NCBI GenBank assembly: GCA_963835065.1
Contig: CAWIEK010000063.1
Coordinates: forward strand, 32,001 to 96,000
DNA: 64,000 bases
Direction: 5' to 3'
DNA from: an uncultured Chthonomonadaceae bacterium
GTDB lineage: Bacteria > Armatimonadota > Chthonomonadetes > Chthonomonadales > Chthonomonadaceae
Shown here: positions 41,028 through 55,038 of the stretch, one piece after another
Position numbering within the stretch: the first letter of the stretch is position 1
How the letters are laid out: the number at the start of each line of letters is the position of its first letter
Made by a program: the position numbers and the translations under genes
The notes under the pieces: model-generated
What the model was told of the DNA's origin: nothing
Seen by the model: only the letters and a program-made list of their open reading frames with translations
Databases searched by the model: none

Positions 41028-43225
41028 TGGATGTGCCCCCGACACCCGACACCCGACACCCTACACCCTACCTCATAGGCGTTGACACCGGCGGAACGTT
41101 TACGGACATGGTGATACGCGCGCCGGACGGGAGCCTGACGGTGCGCAAACAGCCGTCCACGCCCCGAGATCCCTCGCAAAGCGTGCTGACAGGCATTGCG
41201 GACGCGAAGCGCGAGGGGTTGATCGGCGAACCTTTTCGCGTGGCGCATGGCACGACGGTTGCCACGAATGCCCTGCTGGAACGGCGGGGCGCGAAAACCG
41301 CCCTGATTACAACGCAGGGTTTCCGGGACGCGCTGGAAATCGGTAGGCAGACCCGGACACAGTTGTACACATTTCATCCCACCAAGCCCCTTCCCCTGCT
41401 TGAACGCGACCTGCGCTTTGAACTGCGGGAACGACTGGACTGGCAGGGCGCGGTTCTGATTCCTTTAGAAGAGTCGGAAACAAGCGCGCTGCTGGACGAG
41501 TTACAGGCGCAGGGGATAGAGTCGCTGGCGGTTTGCTTCCTCTTTTCGTACCTCAACCCCGTCCATGAGCGGCTGGTGGAGCGGCTGGCGCTAGAACGCG
41601 GATTTGACGTTTCTCTGTCATGCGATATTTCTCCCGAACCCCGCGAATACGAGCGTACCAGCACAACCGTCGCCAATGCGTTTGTCGCGCCCATCATGTC
41701 CCGCTATTTGAGCAATCTGCAAGCGCGATTACAGGAAGCCGGCGCGGGCGGCCTGCGCGTGATGCAGTCGGATGGCGGGGCATTGTCGGCGCAGGAAGCG
41801 TCGCGCCGCGCCATTGCCACCGCGCTTTCGGGGCCGGCGGGCGGCGTGGTAGCGGCGGCGCGCATCGGGGTTGAAGCGGGTTTCCCCGACCTGCTTACGT
41901 TTGATATGGGCGGCACAAGCACGGACGTTGCCTTAATCCATAACGGACAATGCCCGGTGGTGACGAACCGCGCGTTGGGCGACATTCCTCTGCGCGCTCC
42001 GATGCTGGACATACATACGGTTGGCGCGGGCGGCGGCTCGCTGGCGCGCATAGACAGCGCGGGCGGGCTGCGCGTCGGGCCGCAAAGCGCGGGAGCCGAC
42101 CCCGGCCCCGTCGCGTATGGCAAAGGCGACGTTCTAACGGTGACGGACGCCAATGTTCTGCTCGGACGCCTGCCGCATAATTTACGATTGGGCGGGCGAC
42201 TGGAATTGGATGGCGAACGGGTTCAGGCGCGGTTTACCCTGTTTGCGGCGCAGTTGGGCTGCGCGCCCGAAGAGGCCGCGATGGGCATTGTGGATGTTGC
42301 CAATGTGACCATGACGCGCGCCCTGCGGCACGTCAGCGTGGAGCGGGGGCACGATCCGGGCGGGCTGACATTGCTCAGTTTCGGCGGCGCGGGCGGGCTT
42401 CACGCCTGCGCGCTGGCGCGGGCGCTGGGCATGACGCGCATTTTAATCCCTCGTTTTCCCGGCGCGTTTTCCGCGCTTGGGCTGGCGCTGGCCGCCGCGC
42501 GGCGCGAGTCCGTATATGCTGTTCCGCCCCTGCGCCTTGATCCCGATGATTTAGATTTGGCTGCTCGGCTGCTGGAACCAATTGTTAATTCTTTGTGGGA
42601 CAGGGCGCAGTCGGACATGGCGCAGGAGGGATTAGCGCCGGATGAGTGGCGCGGGGAAATGCTGCTGGACATGCGCTACGTCGGGCAGTCGTTTGAACTG
42701 CGCGTACCGCTGCCGTTATCAGCGCCGAATGAGGCGGAAAATCAAGCAGAAAATCAACTGGAATCGAATTTTCTTGCGGAGGCTTTGCGACAGGCGGCGA
42801 CGGCCTTTCACGCGCTCCATGCGCAGCGTTTCGGCCATGCCAACCCCGAAGAATCGGTTGAAATCACAGCCGCGCGCTGTGTTGCAAGCGGATTAGAAAC
42901 GGGCGTGACCGCATCAGGCGTGAAAACCGGCGACCAAGCCGTTTCAGGGCAGGCAGCGTCTTCCAATGACCAAGGCGCAAATGACCAAGCCGCAGCCGCG
43001 TTACCGGCGGCATCGTTCCGCGCTTCCAGAACGCAGCGCGTCTATGTGGAACAGGATTGGCGCGACATACCACTATACTGGCGTTCCGAGTTGACGGCGG
43101 GGCAGCAGTTCGCCGGGCCGGCATTGATTGTGCAGGACGACGCCACCACCTATATCGCGCCCCATTGGGAGACGCAGGTTGATACGCATGAAAATATGGT
43201 TCTAACAAATAAAAACTTGACCTGA
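41028..43225 (+). CDS. Hydantoinase/oxoprolinase A family protein
   Basis: GVDTGGTFTD, HGTTVATNALL, SGPAGG, DMGGTSTD, GAGGGS, SAGADPGP. Start uncertain (40976 or 41028). Confidence 0.92.
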
Positions 43226-43449
43226 ACAGATAAAAGCAAGTAAAATTGCTGGTATAGGAACTTTCCTGCTCTGAGGTATGTTGAAGTTATCAGGAGGAAC
43301 TTGAAAAGGCTGGTATTTGACGGCGGCGCATTGTTGGCGCTTCCTCTGCCACCGGCAACGAGTAACAGTCTAATTCTAACTGAATAAACTCCGTACCGTA
43401 CAGCGCCGGGTTTACTCGCTATTTCCGTGTTTCCGACTCGGAGGGAGCC

Positions 43450-44952
43450 ATGAGCCGCGATGATGAGCGTGATGAGCTGATCAGGGAAACTTTTGAAGCC
43501 GATTACGCAGCCTCTTTTTCCTCTGTTTCCCCCGCGCCGGCAAGCCCGGAGGCCAGTGAAAGCGAACGAATCCTGCAAAGCCTGTATGCCAGTTCCGGCG
43601 CGATGATGGGCGTTGTGGAACTTGTAGACGATGACTTGCGCTTTGTGGATTTTTGCGCCAACACCGCAGAATTTTTGCGTCGCCCGCCTGCCGAGATACG
43701 GGGCAAGCGCGCTGCGGAATTGGGACTAGATGCGGACGCGCGCGCGTTCTGGGTCGCCCGCTATCGAGAGAGCCAGACATCCAGCAAGCCTTTGAAGTTC
43801 GAGCGCATCACCCATTGGACGCTGGGAGAGCCGCCGCCAACCCCGTATTGGCTGTGCTGCACCATCTCCTACATCGGGCTGGGAGCCAACCGCCTGCCTC
43901 GATTTACCTTTCTTGTGGAGGATGTTTCGGAGCGTAAGCTAAAGGAACAAGCCTTGCAGACGGAACTTCGCAAGGCGGATCGTGACCGCCGCAAGGCTAA
44001 CAAGCGCGTCGCCAACATCCTCGACAGCATCCACGACGCTTTCCTCGCCCTTGACCGCAACAGCGTTATCACCTATACCAACGGACGCGCTGAAGACCTT
44101 CTCCGCCGCCCCCGCGCCCAACTGTTGGGGCAGAACTTCTGGGACGCTTTTCCCAGCCTCCGTTCGTTCCGCATTTACGAGGAACTCCAAAACGCCCTTG
44201 CAAGGCAGTCCGCCGCGCATTTTCAGGACTACTACTATTTCGCCGAGCGCTGGCTGGAACACGATATTTATCCGTCTCAGGAGGGAGTTTTCCTGTATAC
44301 CCGCGACATCACGGCGCACCAGCAGGCGAAAGAGGAATTGCGGCAGGGCGTGGAAAATCTACAGCGCGGTCTTCACAGTTTTGTGCAGGCCATGTCCCGC
44401 GCTGTGGATACTCGCGATCCGTATACCGCCGGGCATCAGCGCCGCGTCAGTACACTGGCCGCCCATATTGCGCAGCAGTTGGGCTACGCGCCGGAGCGGG
44501 TAGAGGGCATTCGCATCGCCGGCCTGCTCCATGACATCGGCAAACTGGCCGTGCCCGCCGAAATTCTCAGCCGTCCCGGCAAATTGTCGCCGCTCGAATT
44601 CAGCCTGATTCAGCAGCACGCGCAGGCGGGCTATGACATTCTCAAAGACATTGAGTTTGCTTTTCCCGTTGCGCTGGTCGCGCTGCAGCACCATGAGCGT
44701 CTGGACGGTTCCGGCTATCCGCAGGGCTTGCGCGGCGAAGCTATTCACCCCGAAAGCCGCCTGATGGCTGTGGCCGATGTGGTCGAAGCGATGGCCTCGC
44801 ACCGCCCCTATCGTCCCGCCCTGGGCCTGCCTGCCGCGCTGACAGAAATTACGCTGCATCGCGGCACCAGGTACGATGGCGACATGGTGGATGCCTGCTT
44901 TGAAGTGTTTCGCGCCTACGCCTTTGATTTTGAGCAGGCGTTGGAAGAGTAG
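43450..44952 (+). CDS. PAS-PAS-HD-GYP c-di-GMP phosphodiesterase
   Basis: RDPYTAGH, LLHDIGK, HHERLDGSGYP, ADVVEAM..RPYR. Confidence 0.92.
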   Translation: MSRDDERDELIRETFEADYAASFSSVSPAPASPEASESERILQSLYASSGAMMGVVELVDDDLRFVDFCANTAEFLRRPPAEIRGKRAAELGLDADARAFWVARYRESQTSSKPLKFERITHWTLGEPPPTPYWLCCTISYIGLGANRLPRFTFLVEDVSERKLKEQALQTELRKADRDRRKANKRVANILDSIHDAFLALDRNSVITYTNGRAEDLLRRPRAQLLGQNFWDAFPSLRSFRIYEELQNALARQSAAHFQDYYYFAERWLEHDIYPSQEGVFLYTRDITAHQQAKEELRQGVENLQRGLHSFVQAMSRAVDTRDPYTAGHQRRVSTLAAHIAQQLGYAPERVEGIRIAGLLHDIGKLAVPAEILSRPGKLSPLEFSLIQQHAQAGYDILKDIEFAFPVALVALQHHERLDGSGYPQGLRGEAIHPESRLMAVADVVEAMASHRPYRPALGLPAALTEITLHRGTRYDGDMVDACFEVFRAYAFDFEQALEE

Positions 44953-45005
44953 AGGCAAGGTTTTAGGGTATTGGGGTATCAGAGTGTTCAGGTGCTAGAA
45001 AGCCG

Positions 45006-45935
45006 TTAATGCGCTTTGTGCGCAATCGCCATCAGCGTCTCGAAGTGCGGCGATTCGGGCGCGCGATCTACAACGGATAGGTCTATCTGCTCGAAACCCG
45101 CTTGCTGCAGCAGCGTGAGCAGTTCCACCTGGGAAAAGCCGAGCCACACATCGGCGTACAAATCCCGCGCCGCTTCAAAGTCGTGTTTGAGTAAGTCCAG
45201 CAGCACGATGCGCCCGCCGGGGCGCAGGATACGATGGGCTTCCGCAAGCGCCTGCTGCGGATGCAGGGCGTGGTGCAGGGATTGGTGCATCAGCGCCATG
45301 TCCACTTCGCCACCCGCAAGAGGCAATTCTTCCATGTCGCCGTGCCGATACTCCAGATTGGCGATGCCATTGCGTTCCGCCAGGCCGCGCCCGTACTCCA
45401 CCATCTTTTCGGAACTGTCTACGGCGATTACCCGCTCCGCCCTTTGGGAAAGCAGCAGGGCCAGTGTGCCTTCCCCCGCGCCCAAATCCGCAATCACGAG
45501 GGGCGGCAGCAGGCGCAGCAGCATTTCCGAGAGGGCTTTCCAGCTACGTCCCGGCACATAGTCGCGCCCGAAGCGCCCGGCAAGCGCGTCGAAATAATCG
45601 CGCAAATGATCCTTGCGGCGGTTCAGGACAAGGCGCAGGCCGGCGTCATCGTGTTCGGTTTCCGCGATTTCCGCCGCGCCCTTGTCCAGCGCTTCCGCAA
45701 GAAGGGTTTGCGCGCCGGGTGGGGGCGCAAGGCGGTACAGGCTTTTTTGCCCCACGCGGCGTACATCCACGCAGCCCGCCTGTTTCAGTTGCGAAAGCTG
45801 CATGGAGATACGGCTTTGTCCCATGCCCAGTATCTCCTGCAATTCCGCCACGCTCAGTTCTTCCCGCGCCAGCAGCCGTAATATTCGTAATCGCGCCGGG
45901 TCGCCAAGCGCGCGAAGCAGTTTCAAGATTTCCAT
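45006..45935 (-). CDS. sahR: ArsR HTH + methyltransferase-domain regulator (SahR-like)
   Basis: ALGDPARLRIL..GQSRISMQLSQL and ADLGAGEG. Divergent from ahcY. Confidence 0.8.
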   Translation of the reverse strand: MEILKLLRALGDPARLRILRLLAREELSVAELQEILGMGQSRISMQLSQLKQAGCVDVRRVGQKSLYRLAPPPGAQTLLAEALDKGAAEIAETEHDDAGLRLVLNRRKDHLRDYFDALAGRFGRDYVPGRSWKALSEMLLRLLPPLVIADLGAGEGTLALLLSQRAERVIAVDSSEKMVEYGRGLAERNGIANLEYRHGDMEELPLAGGEVDMALMHQSLHHALHPQQALAEAHRILRPGGRIVLLDLLKHDFEAARDLYADVWLGFSQVELLTLLQQAGFEQIDLSVVDRAPESPHFETLMAIAHKAH

Positions 45936-45964
45936 GCTTCCATTATAGGCCGAAAAAAATAAAA

Positions 45965-46003
45965 TATCAAGGTATCAAGATTCCTTGATAAGTGTGCTAT
46001 AAT
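45965..46003 (+). promoter_or_regulatory. SahR-type operator overlapping the ahcY promoter
   Basis: Palindrome TATCAAG-ATTC-CTTGATA at 45973-45990, extra half-site at 45965-45971, extended -10 TGCTATAAT at 45995-46003. Confidence 0.8.
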
Positions 46004-46023
46004 AGACATCGGAGGAATTCATT

Positions 46024-47481
<1,458 letters not shown>

Positions 47482-47506
47482 AGCCGGTACAACAACCAAA
47501 GCAACA

Positions 47507-47545
47507 CCCGCCTGCATATTTCGCAGGCGGGCGTTGTGTTTTTGC
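47507..47545 (+). terminator. Intrinsic terminator after ahcY
   Basis: CCCGCCTGC-loop-GCAGGCGGG then TTGTGTTTTT. Confidence 0.8.
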
Positions 47546-47687
47546 AGCAGGCGTTACACAACGATGGTCACTGTAGTTGTCAGCCGTATGTTTTTTCGTT
47601 GGGCTACTTTTTGCGTGAACAAACTCCTTCGGTCGCAGACCGATCAGCCGCAGGCTTGTGAGATAGGTCGTTCATGGCCTGTGAAGG

Positions 47688-50201
47688 CTATTGTCCTCGT
47701 TCCTGAAGAAAGAGTTGCAGGTTTTCACGCACTGTTCTGGTACTCGGGTGTTCCGGTCCCAATGCGCGTTCAACAATGTCCAATGCCTGTATATACAGCG
47801 GTTCGGCTTCGGTGTAGCGGCTTTGTGCCTTGTACAACGCCGCAAGATTGTTGAGGCTTTGGGCAATATCAGGATGATTTTCCGGCAATGTCTTGCGCTG
47901 AATATCCAATGCCTGTATATACAGCGGTTCGGCTTCGGTGTAGCGGCCTTGTGCCTCGTACAACGCCGCAAGATTGTTGAGGCTTGTAGCTAGGCTTGGA
48001 TGCTGTTTGCCATAGGCTTGTCAATAAATACTCAACGCCTGTATATACAGCGGTTCGGCTTCGGTGTAGCGGCCTTGTGTCAAGTACAACGCCGCAAGAT
48101 TGTTGAGGCTCGTAGCTAGGCTTGGATGGCCTTCTGGCAACACTTTGCGCCGTATATCTAATGCCTGTGCGTATAGTGGTTCGGCGTTGGCGTAGCGGCC
48201 TTGTGTCAAGTACAAGTTCGCCAGAGTGTTGAGGCTTGTGGCAACATATGGATGCTGCTCCCCGTAGGCTTGACGAAGAATATCTAATGCCTCTTTGATT
48301 AGCGGTTCGGCATCGGCATAATGGCCTTGTAACCGATACAAAACCGCCAGGTTGTTGAGGCTGTTTCATATCAGAATAATTCAGCACGTGCCCGTACCGG
48401 TTCGGCGCGCAAATACTCTGCGCGACCTTCCAGATAAAGACCTGTCTGATTATAGAGTCTGGCTGCCTCAGCAGTTTCTATTTTGTAGTTTTTGCTATAT
48501 TCTACACATGCCAGTTGATGAGGAAGTAGTCTATCCAGTTGTTGCCAGTGGATATAGTCGGAGCCGGGCCAGATGGCAATGAGCGCGGCGATGAGACGCT
48601 CCACGCAGGCGCGTTGTGCTTGTTCTTCCAGTCGCGCCCGGACAGCGACCTGCACCAGACGGTGAACGGCGAAACTTCTGTCGTCTGTATCTACCGAAAT
48701 CAGCGAATAACCGGCAGGAAGCAGCAGGAGTTCTATCAAGTACAGGGCCTGTTCGCCGGCAGGGTTCAGCATCGTCGCCAACGCCGGTCCTAATTCGTTC
48801 GCTCCCTGCAGAAAAAATCTCGAATGGAATGGCGTCGGGAGCCAGAAACGCGCTCAGGTTCAGCAGTTCCGCCGCCGCCGGGTTGCGTTCCTCAACCACG
48901 CGGAAGTTCGGCTCCCAGGTTGCAAGGACGGTTTCGCGATAATCTCCCTGCAAAGGACGGCTTGTGCGGAGCAAATCGGCGCGGCGCTCTCGAAAATCGT
49001 GCAAGTAAGATTGTATATCGCGCTTTTGCTGCGTCATGTAGGACGCGGCGAGTTCTAAGGCCAGCGGCAGGCCGTCGAGTTCCTGTGCCAGTTCCTCTGC
49101 CGCACTGCGCTCGGCCTCCGAATACCCCTGTGGATAGATACGCTGCAGCAAATACTCCCGCGCATCCGTTTCCGGCAGGGTTTCCAGCCGCAAAACCGAC
49201 ACGTTTCCCAACCGGGAGAACTGTCGGGCGCGGGAGGTCAGCACAATATGACCAGCGGGACGTTCGGGGAGGAAAGGACGAACGCTTTCCGGCGCGTCCG
49301 CGTTATCGAGGATGAGCAAATAGCCTTCGTTGTCCTGAAGCCAGGAGCGTACCGCGCTGCGTATGGCGTCTGCCTCCATAGCGTTCTGCTCCGGCAGGTC
49401 GAGCGTTCGCGCGATCTGCCGGTATCCGGCGCTGAGAGCGCTTTCATTTTCCGCTGACGTCCACAAAACGGCGCGGTACTCGTCCCGATGCCGGTAAGCG
49501 TACTCACATGCCGTTTGTGTCTTGCCGATGCCTCCCAATCCCGAAATCGCCTGCGTCAGCAGGACGTTTTTGCGGTCTTGCAGCGCATCGCGCAGGGCTT
49601 GCAATTCCGCTTCTCTGCCGACAAAGTGCGGATTGCGCGGCATGGGAACCATGAAAACTCTTTGCGTCTCCTCCCCAATGCCAATCGTCATTGCCCCGCT
49701 GCCCTTCGCCACAAGTCGGGGCAACTCTGGCGCTAATTCCAACTGTACAAAGAACCAGCGATTGAGGTCTGGAATGGCCTGTCGGACACGTTGGGCGAAG
49801 TCGTAGGGCATCCACCAGATTTGCTTCAGGGGAAAATGCGCCAGATTGTCCCGACAAAAGTTGAGGACCCGGAGTGAATCCTCCAGCGTTTCGTCTTTCG
49901 AGAACACCTCCGCGCTCCAAACCATCGAGACGATTCCCTCCGGCAGTTGGCGGAACTGCTGCATCAGGAAATCGGCGACTTTCACGGCAGATTGGTGTCG
50001 GGGCAAGGTGAGCGTATGGAACGGGATTTGCTGCGCGGCAAACATTTGTCGCAATCGGTCTGTCGCCCGCTCCCGCAGGAGATCGGACTGATACTCCACG
50101 CGGGCGAATCCATCGGAGACCACTTCGCCCCATAGAGCAAGGTGCGCCACCACTTCTTCAATGGAACCGGAAGCGAAGGGATAGGTCTTGTCAGGTTCCA
50201 C
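47688..50201 (-). pseudogene. NB-ARC + TPR (NLR-like) protein with an N-terminal inactive-NTPase-like domain; broken into 4 ORFs
   Basis: RNPHFVGRE, GLGGIGKT, LLILDNA, DGLPLAL; 42-aa SLNNLA..QGRY.EAEPLY.QAL repeats. Breaks near 48815 (homopolymer), 48370 and 48020. Confidence 0.85.
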
Positions 50202-51620
50202 TTATCCGGTTCCACCAGGGACGATTCCCTGCTTGTCGCGTTGGACGCGGTTTTGCTCGTGGAGAATGTCCACAACGACGGGATGCACCCCGAACCACCA
50301 TGTTCCGTTGAACTCTTGCACGGCTTGCGCGCGGAGCAGAGAGTTAAGTTTTGCGTCTCGGATGCGGGCTTCCGGTTTTTGCTCATAGATTTGCAGCAGC
50401 TTATCCGCCTTTTCTGCCCACGTCAATGCGACTTCATCCGCGGGGCTTGTCCCTAACGCCCCTTCGAACTCTCTCTTTCGGTCGGCAAGCGCTCGATCCA
50501 CGTCCTTACCCCCGATTTTGGGGTCGGGAACGTTGCTAAGGATAGCGTAACGCGCTGCCGCCGCTGTCATCGCCAGCAACTGATTGATGTTCCCGCCGCT
50601 CCCAACAATCAATCGCTCCTGTTGTCCCACTTCAAAGAGGGCTGCCTCCATTCGTTTGTCGAGGATGTCTTTCATCGCGGCGCGTCCCTCCACATGCAGG
50701 GAGTGGTCGGGGTGAAACACAGGGGTATCGGGCAGAGTCAGGGTTCCGCCAGACAAGCGCGGCAGTTTCGCCCCTTTCTCGGAATAAACGAGACTGAGCG
50801 GAATGTTGAAGATCAAGTGCGCGTCGAGGTCTTGCAGGATGTTGGAGTAGTTCAGAAATAGGTCTTCGATTCTACTAACCGGGATGCCGGGCTTGTCGAA
50901 GCTCTCGCCGACAAAAACCCAGGAGCAATCCACCGCATGACCGAGCAACTGATTACATTCTTTCAGCAAAGCGTTCAATAATTCTATGAGGTCATAGATG
51001 CGACTGAGACGATAGTTGACAACCTTCTCTTCACGATCAGCGGAGAGTTTTATATCGCCCCGAATTCTGGCAAACAGCGTAACAAATTTGGGCCACCAGG
51101 CTGCGCTTGGCGTACCGACGCGGACTTCACCCTCCGTTTCGATCTCACCAACTTCTTTTTCTGTTTGTGTCACCGTGACGTTGTTGTACCAATTCCAAAT
51201 GTTTTCCAGCAAGTCTTTGGAAGGCGGGTATCCTGTGCCCCCTTCTTCCACTGGTTTTGAGGTTTCTTCCACGAGTTTAATCATCATAACCAGTAACACG
51301 TCGAACGGCTTGAAGTTGATGGGGTCAATTTCCTCACGGACATCAAAGCGGATGAAGCGAAACTTCCCTTGCATTTCATTGATAAGACGCGACAGTTCTG
51401 TAGATTTTCCGCAGCCGGAATGACCAATCAGAAAAGCTTTGTAGGGATTATCTTTATCGGCTTCAGAAAGTCCAAGTTTGATGTGGGCAATTTTATCGTC
51501 ACCACGCACCTGATTCGGTTCCGAACTATAGAAATCTCTGAGTTCTTCCGGTTTTTCCAATGGCTTTGGGGTCAATACTTTGAGCGCTTCACGAAGGGTG
51601 GTGGCTTTCCTGGTAATCAT
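50202..51620 (-). CDS. P-loop ATPase (STAND/KAP-like)
   Basis: Walker A GHSGCGKST, Walker B-like VFVGESFDK, SGG, C-terminal WFGVHP. Abuts the NB-ARC gene. Confidence 0.8.
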   Translation of the reverse strand: MITRKATTLREALKVLTPKPLEKPEELRDFYSSEPNQVRGDDKIAHIKLGLSEADKDNPYKAFLIGHSGCGKSTELSRLINEMQGKFRFIRFDVREEIDPINFKPFDVLLVMMIKLVEETSKPVEEGGTGYPPSKDLLENIWNWYNNVTVTQTEKEVGEIETEGEVRVGTPSAAWWPKFVTLFARIRGDIKLSADREEKVVNYRLSRIYDLIELLNALLKECNQLLGHAVDCSWVFVGESFDKPGIPVSRIEDLFLNYSNILQDLDAHLIFNIPLSLVYSEKGAKLPRLSGGTLTLPDTPVFHPDHSLHVEGRAAMKDILDKRMEAALFEVGQQERLIVGSGGNINQLLAMTAAAARYAILSNVPDPKIGGKDVDRALADRKREFEGALGTSPADEVALTWAEKADKLLQIYEQKPEARIRDAKLNSLLRAQAVQEFNGTWWFGVHPVVVDILHEQNRVQRDKQGIVPGGTG

Positions 51621-51754
51621 CGTATTTCTCCGAACATTACAGACATATAAAGGAAGTCTACGGCCACAAATGGCATACTGATAGTATACCTTTTCTTGAT
51701 AAACAGGTCGCATACGTCTGCCAAAGCCCAAGAGTAAGCATCCCGTACTAAACT

Positions 51755-52179
51755 ATGATGCAATTCACTACGGAACGTTTGTCAATCAGGTTTGCAGGAA
51801 TGGAACCACGCCGCCGTGAACTATGCCGCATGAAGGAACCGGTTTTGGGGTTGCTGCGCATGGGAGAAGACATCTCTGTTCACGCAACCTTTGGAAAACT
51901 GAATACGCAATCCATATTGGAAACAGCGCCTCGTCTACGGTATCGCGTCCAGGAGCGTGAATATCAGGGTATTGGCAAAGTGCTGGTAGCGCGATTGATT
52001 GTCGAAAGCATTTTACAGGGGCAGGGCGGTAACCTTGTTGTCTCTCCCAGACCGCAGATTATCCCCTTCTATCGGCATCTCGGCTTTCAGCAATCACGCA
52101 GAAACCCCAGATATTTCTTTATTCGCGCAGAAGCAGGCATGCTGTTGCTGCAAAGCGTTTTGATAAGGAGTGAAGATTA

Positions 52180-52180
<1 letters not shown>
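51755..52180 (+). CDS. GNAT-like acetyltransferase (possibly 5' truncated)
   Basis: LETAP, YQGIGKVLV (acetyl-CoA loop) and FYRHLGF. Confidence 0.65.
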
Positions 52181-53131
<951 letters not shown>

Positions 53132-53382
53132 CGGTTGTCCCCTTACTCGTTCCGAGACCAGGCGCAGCGCCTCGGGGTTTCCGTCCGTTACTTGTTCTTA
53201 CGCTTTCATTATCGGCAGCTATGGAATCACTTCCATACCCGGAGTTTTGGACTCCTACCTTCTTATACGCATCTCCTACCAGAGAATGACGCCTTTTGCG
53301 GCAGGGATGTTCGCAAAAGTTGACACTCCGCGCCTGTGTTGGCTACAATAGCAGGAATTTTTTTTCGGTTCGCGGAGCTGCC

Positions 53383-55038
53383 ATGCCTGATGCACCTACT
53401 AACGCCCCTAAGCCTGACGCGCCACTGGATGCCGCCGGCAATTATATCGTGCAAATGGAGAACATTACCAAGCGGTTCCCCGGCGTGGTGGCGAACCAAA
53501 ACGTGCATTTGCGCGTGGTTCCCGGCACGTTTCACGCGGTCATCGGCGAAAACGGCGCGGGCAAATCCACGCTGCTCAACATTCTGTATGGCCGTTATCG
53601 CCCGGACGCGGGGCGCATTTTTGTAAACGGCGAGGAAGTCACCCACGCCCTGCGCGCGCCTGCCGATGCGATCCGGCGCGGCATTGGTTTGGTCAGCCAG
53701 CATTACGCGCTGATACCGGCTTTGACGGTAATCGAAAACGTGATGCTTGGAGCCGAGCGCGGACTGCCCGGCGGATTGTTACAGCCGCGCAAGGCGGGCG
53801 CGCGGGCACAGCAGCTTGCGGAACAACTCGGATTGGCGCAGCTTGACCTGAATATGCGGGCAGAACGGCTGTCCGTCGCCGCGCAGCAAAAAGTGGAGAT
53901 ACTCAAGGCGCTGTACCGGGGCGCGCGCATCCTGCTGCTGGACGAGCCGACCGCAACGCTTGCCCCGCAGGAAGTCGAGTCGCTGTTCGCCCTGCTGCAT
54001 ACGCTGGCCGCGCAGGGTTCCACCATTCTGTTCGTCACCCACAAACTGCGCGAAGTGATGGCGCACAGCCACTGCGTCAGCGTCCTGCGGGCGGGGCAAA
54101 GCGTGGGCGATTACGTCACGGCGCAAACAAGTGAAGCGGAACTGCTGCGAGCCATGATCGGCGCGCGCACCAATGCGGCGGTAACGCTGAATATGGAGGA
54201 AGGGAACAGGGAACAGGGAACAGAAGGAACTCAATTGGCAATCGGCAATCGGCAATCGGCAATTCCTACTCAACACCCTTCCCCTTTGCTTCAAATCGAA
54301 AACGTGACGGTTCGGAACGCGCGGGGGGCGGAAGCCGCGCAAAGCGTGTCGCTGAATGTGGGGCGGGGCGAAATTTTGGGCATTGCGGGCGTGGACGGGA
54401 GCGGGCAACGCGAACTTTCCGAAGCGGTTGTCGGCCTGCTGCGCATGGAAGCGGGGCGCTTGTTTCTGGACGGCGTGGACATTACCCGATCCAACGTGCG
54501 GGGCAGGCAGCAAGCCGGAATCGCGTACATTCCCGAAGACCGTCACCGGGCCGGCATGATTTTGGATTTCTCGATTGCGGAAAACTATCTGCTCGGCCAT
54601 GAGCGCGAACCGGCATGGGGTGGCGGCGGAACATTGGACACCAGCCTTTTGCTGTCGCGCGCCCGGACAATGGTGGAGCGTTACGACGTGCGCGGCGGCA
54701 CACGGGGCGGGCAGGCTCCGGGCGGCGCGCTGTCGGGCGGCAATCAGCAGAAAGTGGTGTTTGCCCGCGCTATGGATTCCGGCCCGCGCCTGCTTGTGGC
54801 CTGTCAGCCGACGCGCGGTTTGGATGTGGAAGCCGCGCGTTTCGTCTATAAAACGCTGGAACGCGCCAAAGCGGACGGGTTGGGCGTCCTGCTGTTTTCA
54901 CTGGACTTGGACGAAGTGCTGCGCCTGTCGGATCGCATCGCCGTGATGTTCAACGGGCGTATCGCGGGCGTCCTGCCCCGCGCCGAAGCCACGCCGGAGC
55001 GTATCGGCGCGTTAATGACGGGAGCCGCGTATGAATAG
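53383..55038 (+). CDS. Nucleoside/sugar (CUT2) ABC transporter double ATPase
   Basis: GENGAGKST, LLDEPT, AGVDGSGQ, IPEDR, LSGGNQQK, QPTRGLD. Confidence 0.92.
   Translation: MPDAPTNAPKPDAPLDAAGNYIVQMENITKRFPGVVANQNVHLRVVPGTFHAVIGENGAGKSTLLNILYGRYRPDAGRIFVNGEEVTHALRAPADAIRRGIGLVSQHYALIPALTVIENVMLGAERGLPGGLLQPRKAGARAQQLAEQLGLAQLDLNMRAERLSVAAQQKVEILKALYRGARILLLDEPTATLAPQEVESLFALLHTLAAQGSTILFVTHKLREVMAHSHCVSVLRAGQSVGDYVTAQTSEAELLRAMIGARTNAAVTLNMEEGNREQGTEGTQLAIGNRQSAIPTQHPSPLLQIENVTVRNARGAEAAQSVSLNVGRGEILGIAGVDGSGQRELSEAVVGLLRMEAGRLFLDGVDITRSNVRGRQQAGIAYIPEDRHRAGMILDFSIAENYLLGHEREPAWGGGGTLDTSLLLSRARTMVERYDVRGGTRGGQAPGGALSGGNQQKVVFARAMDSGPRLLVACQPTRGLDVEAARFVYKTLERAKADGLGVLLFSLDLDEVLRLSDRIAVMFNGRIAGVLPRAEATPERIGALMTGAAYE

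Noticed and set aside
43285..43390. SAM-I riboswitch-like words (TTATCAGGAG...CCGGCAAC) upstream of the HD-GYP gene
   Set aside because: P1 and the pseudoknot could not be built and the core consensus is incomplete. An Infernal RF00162 search would settle it.
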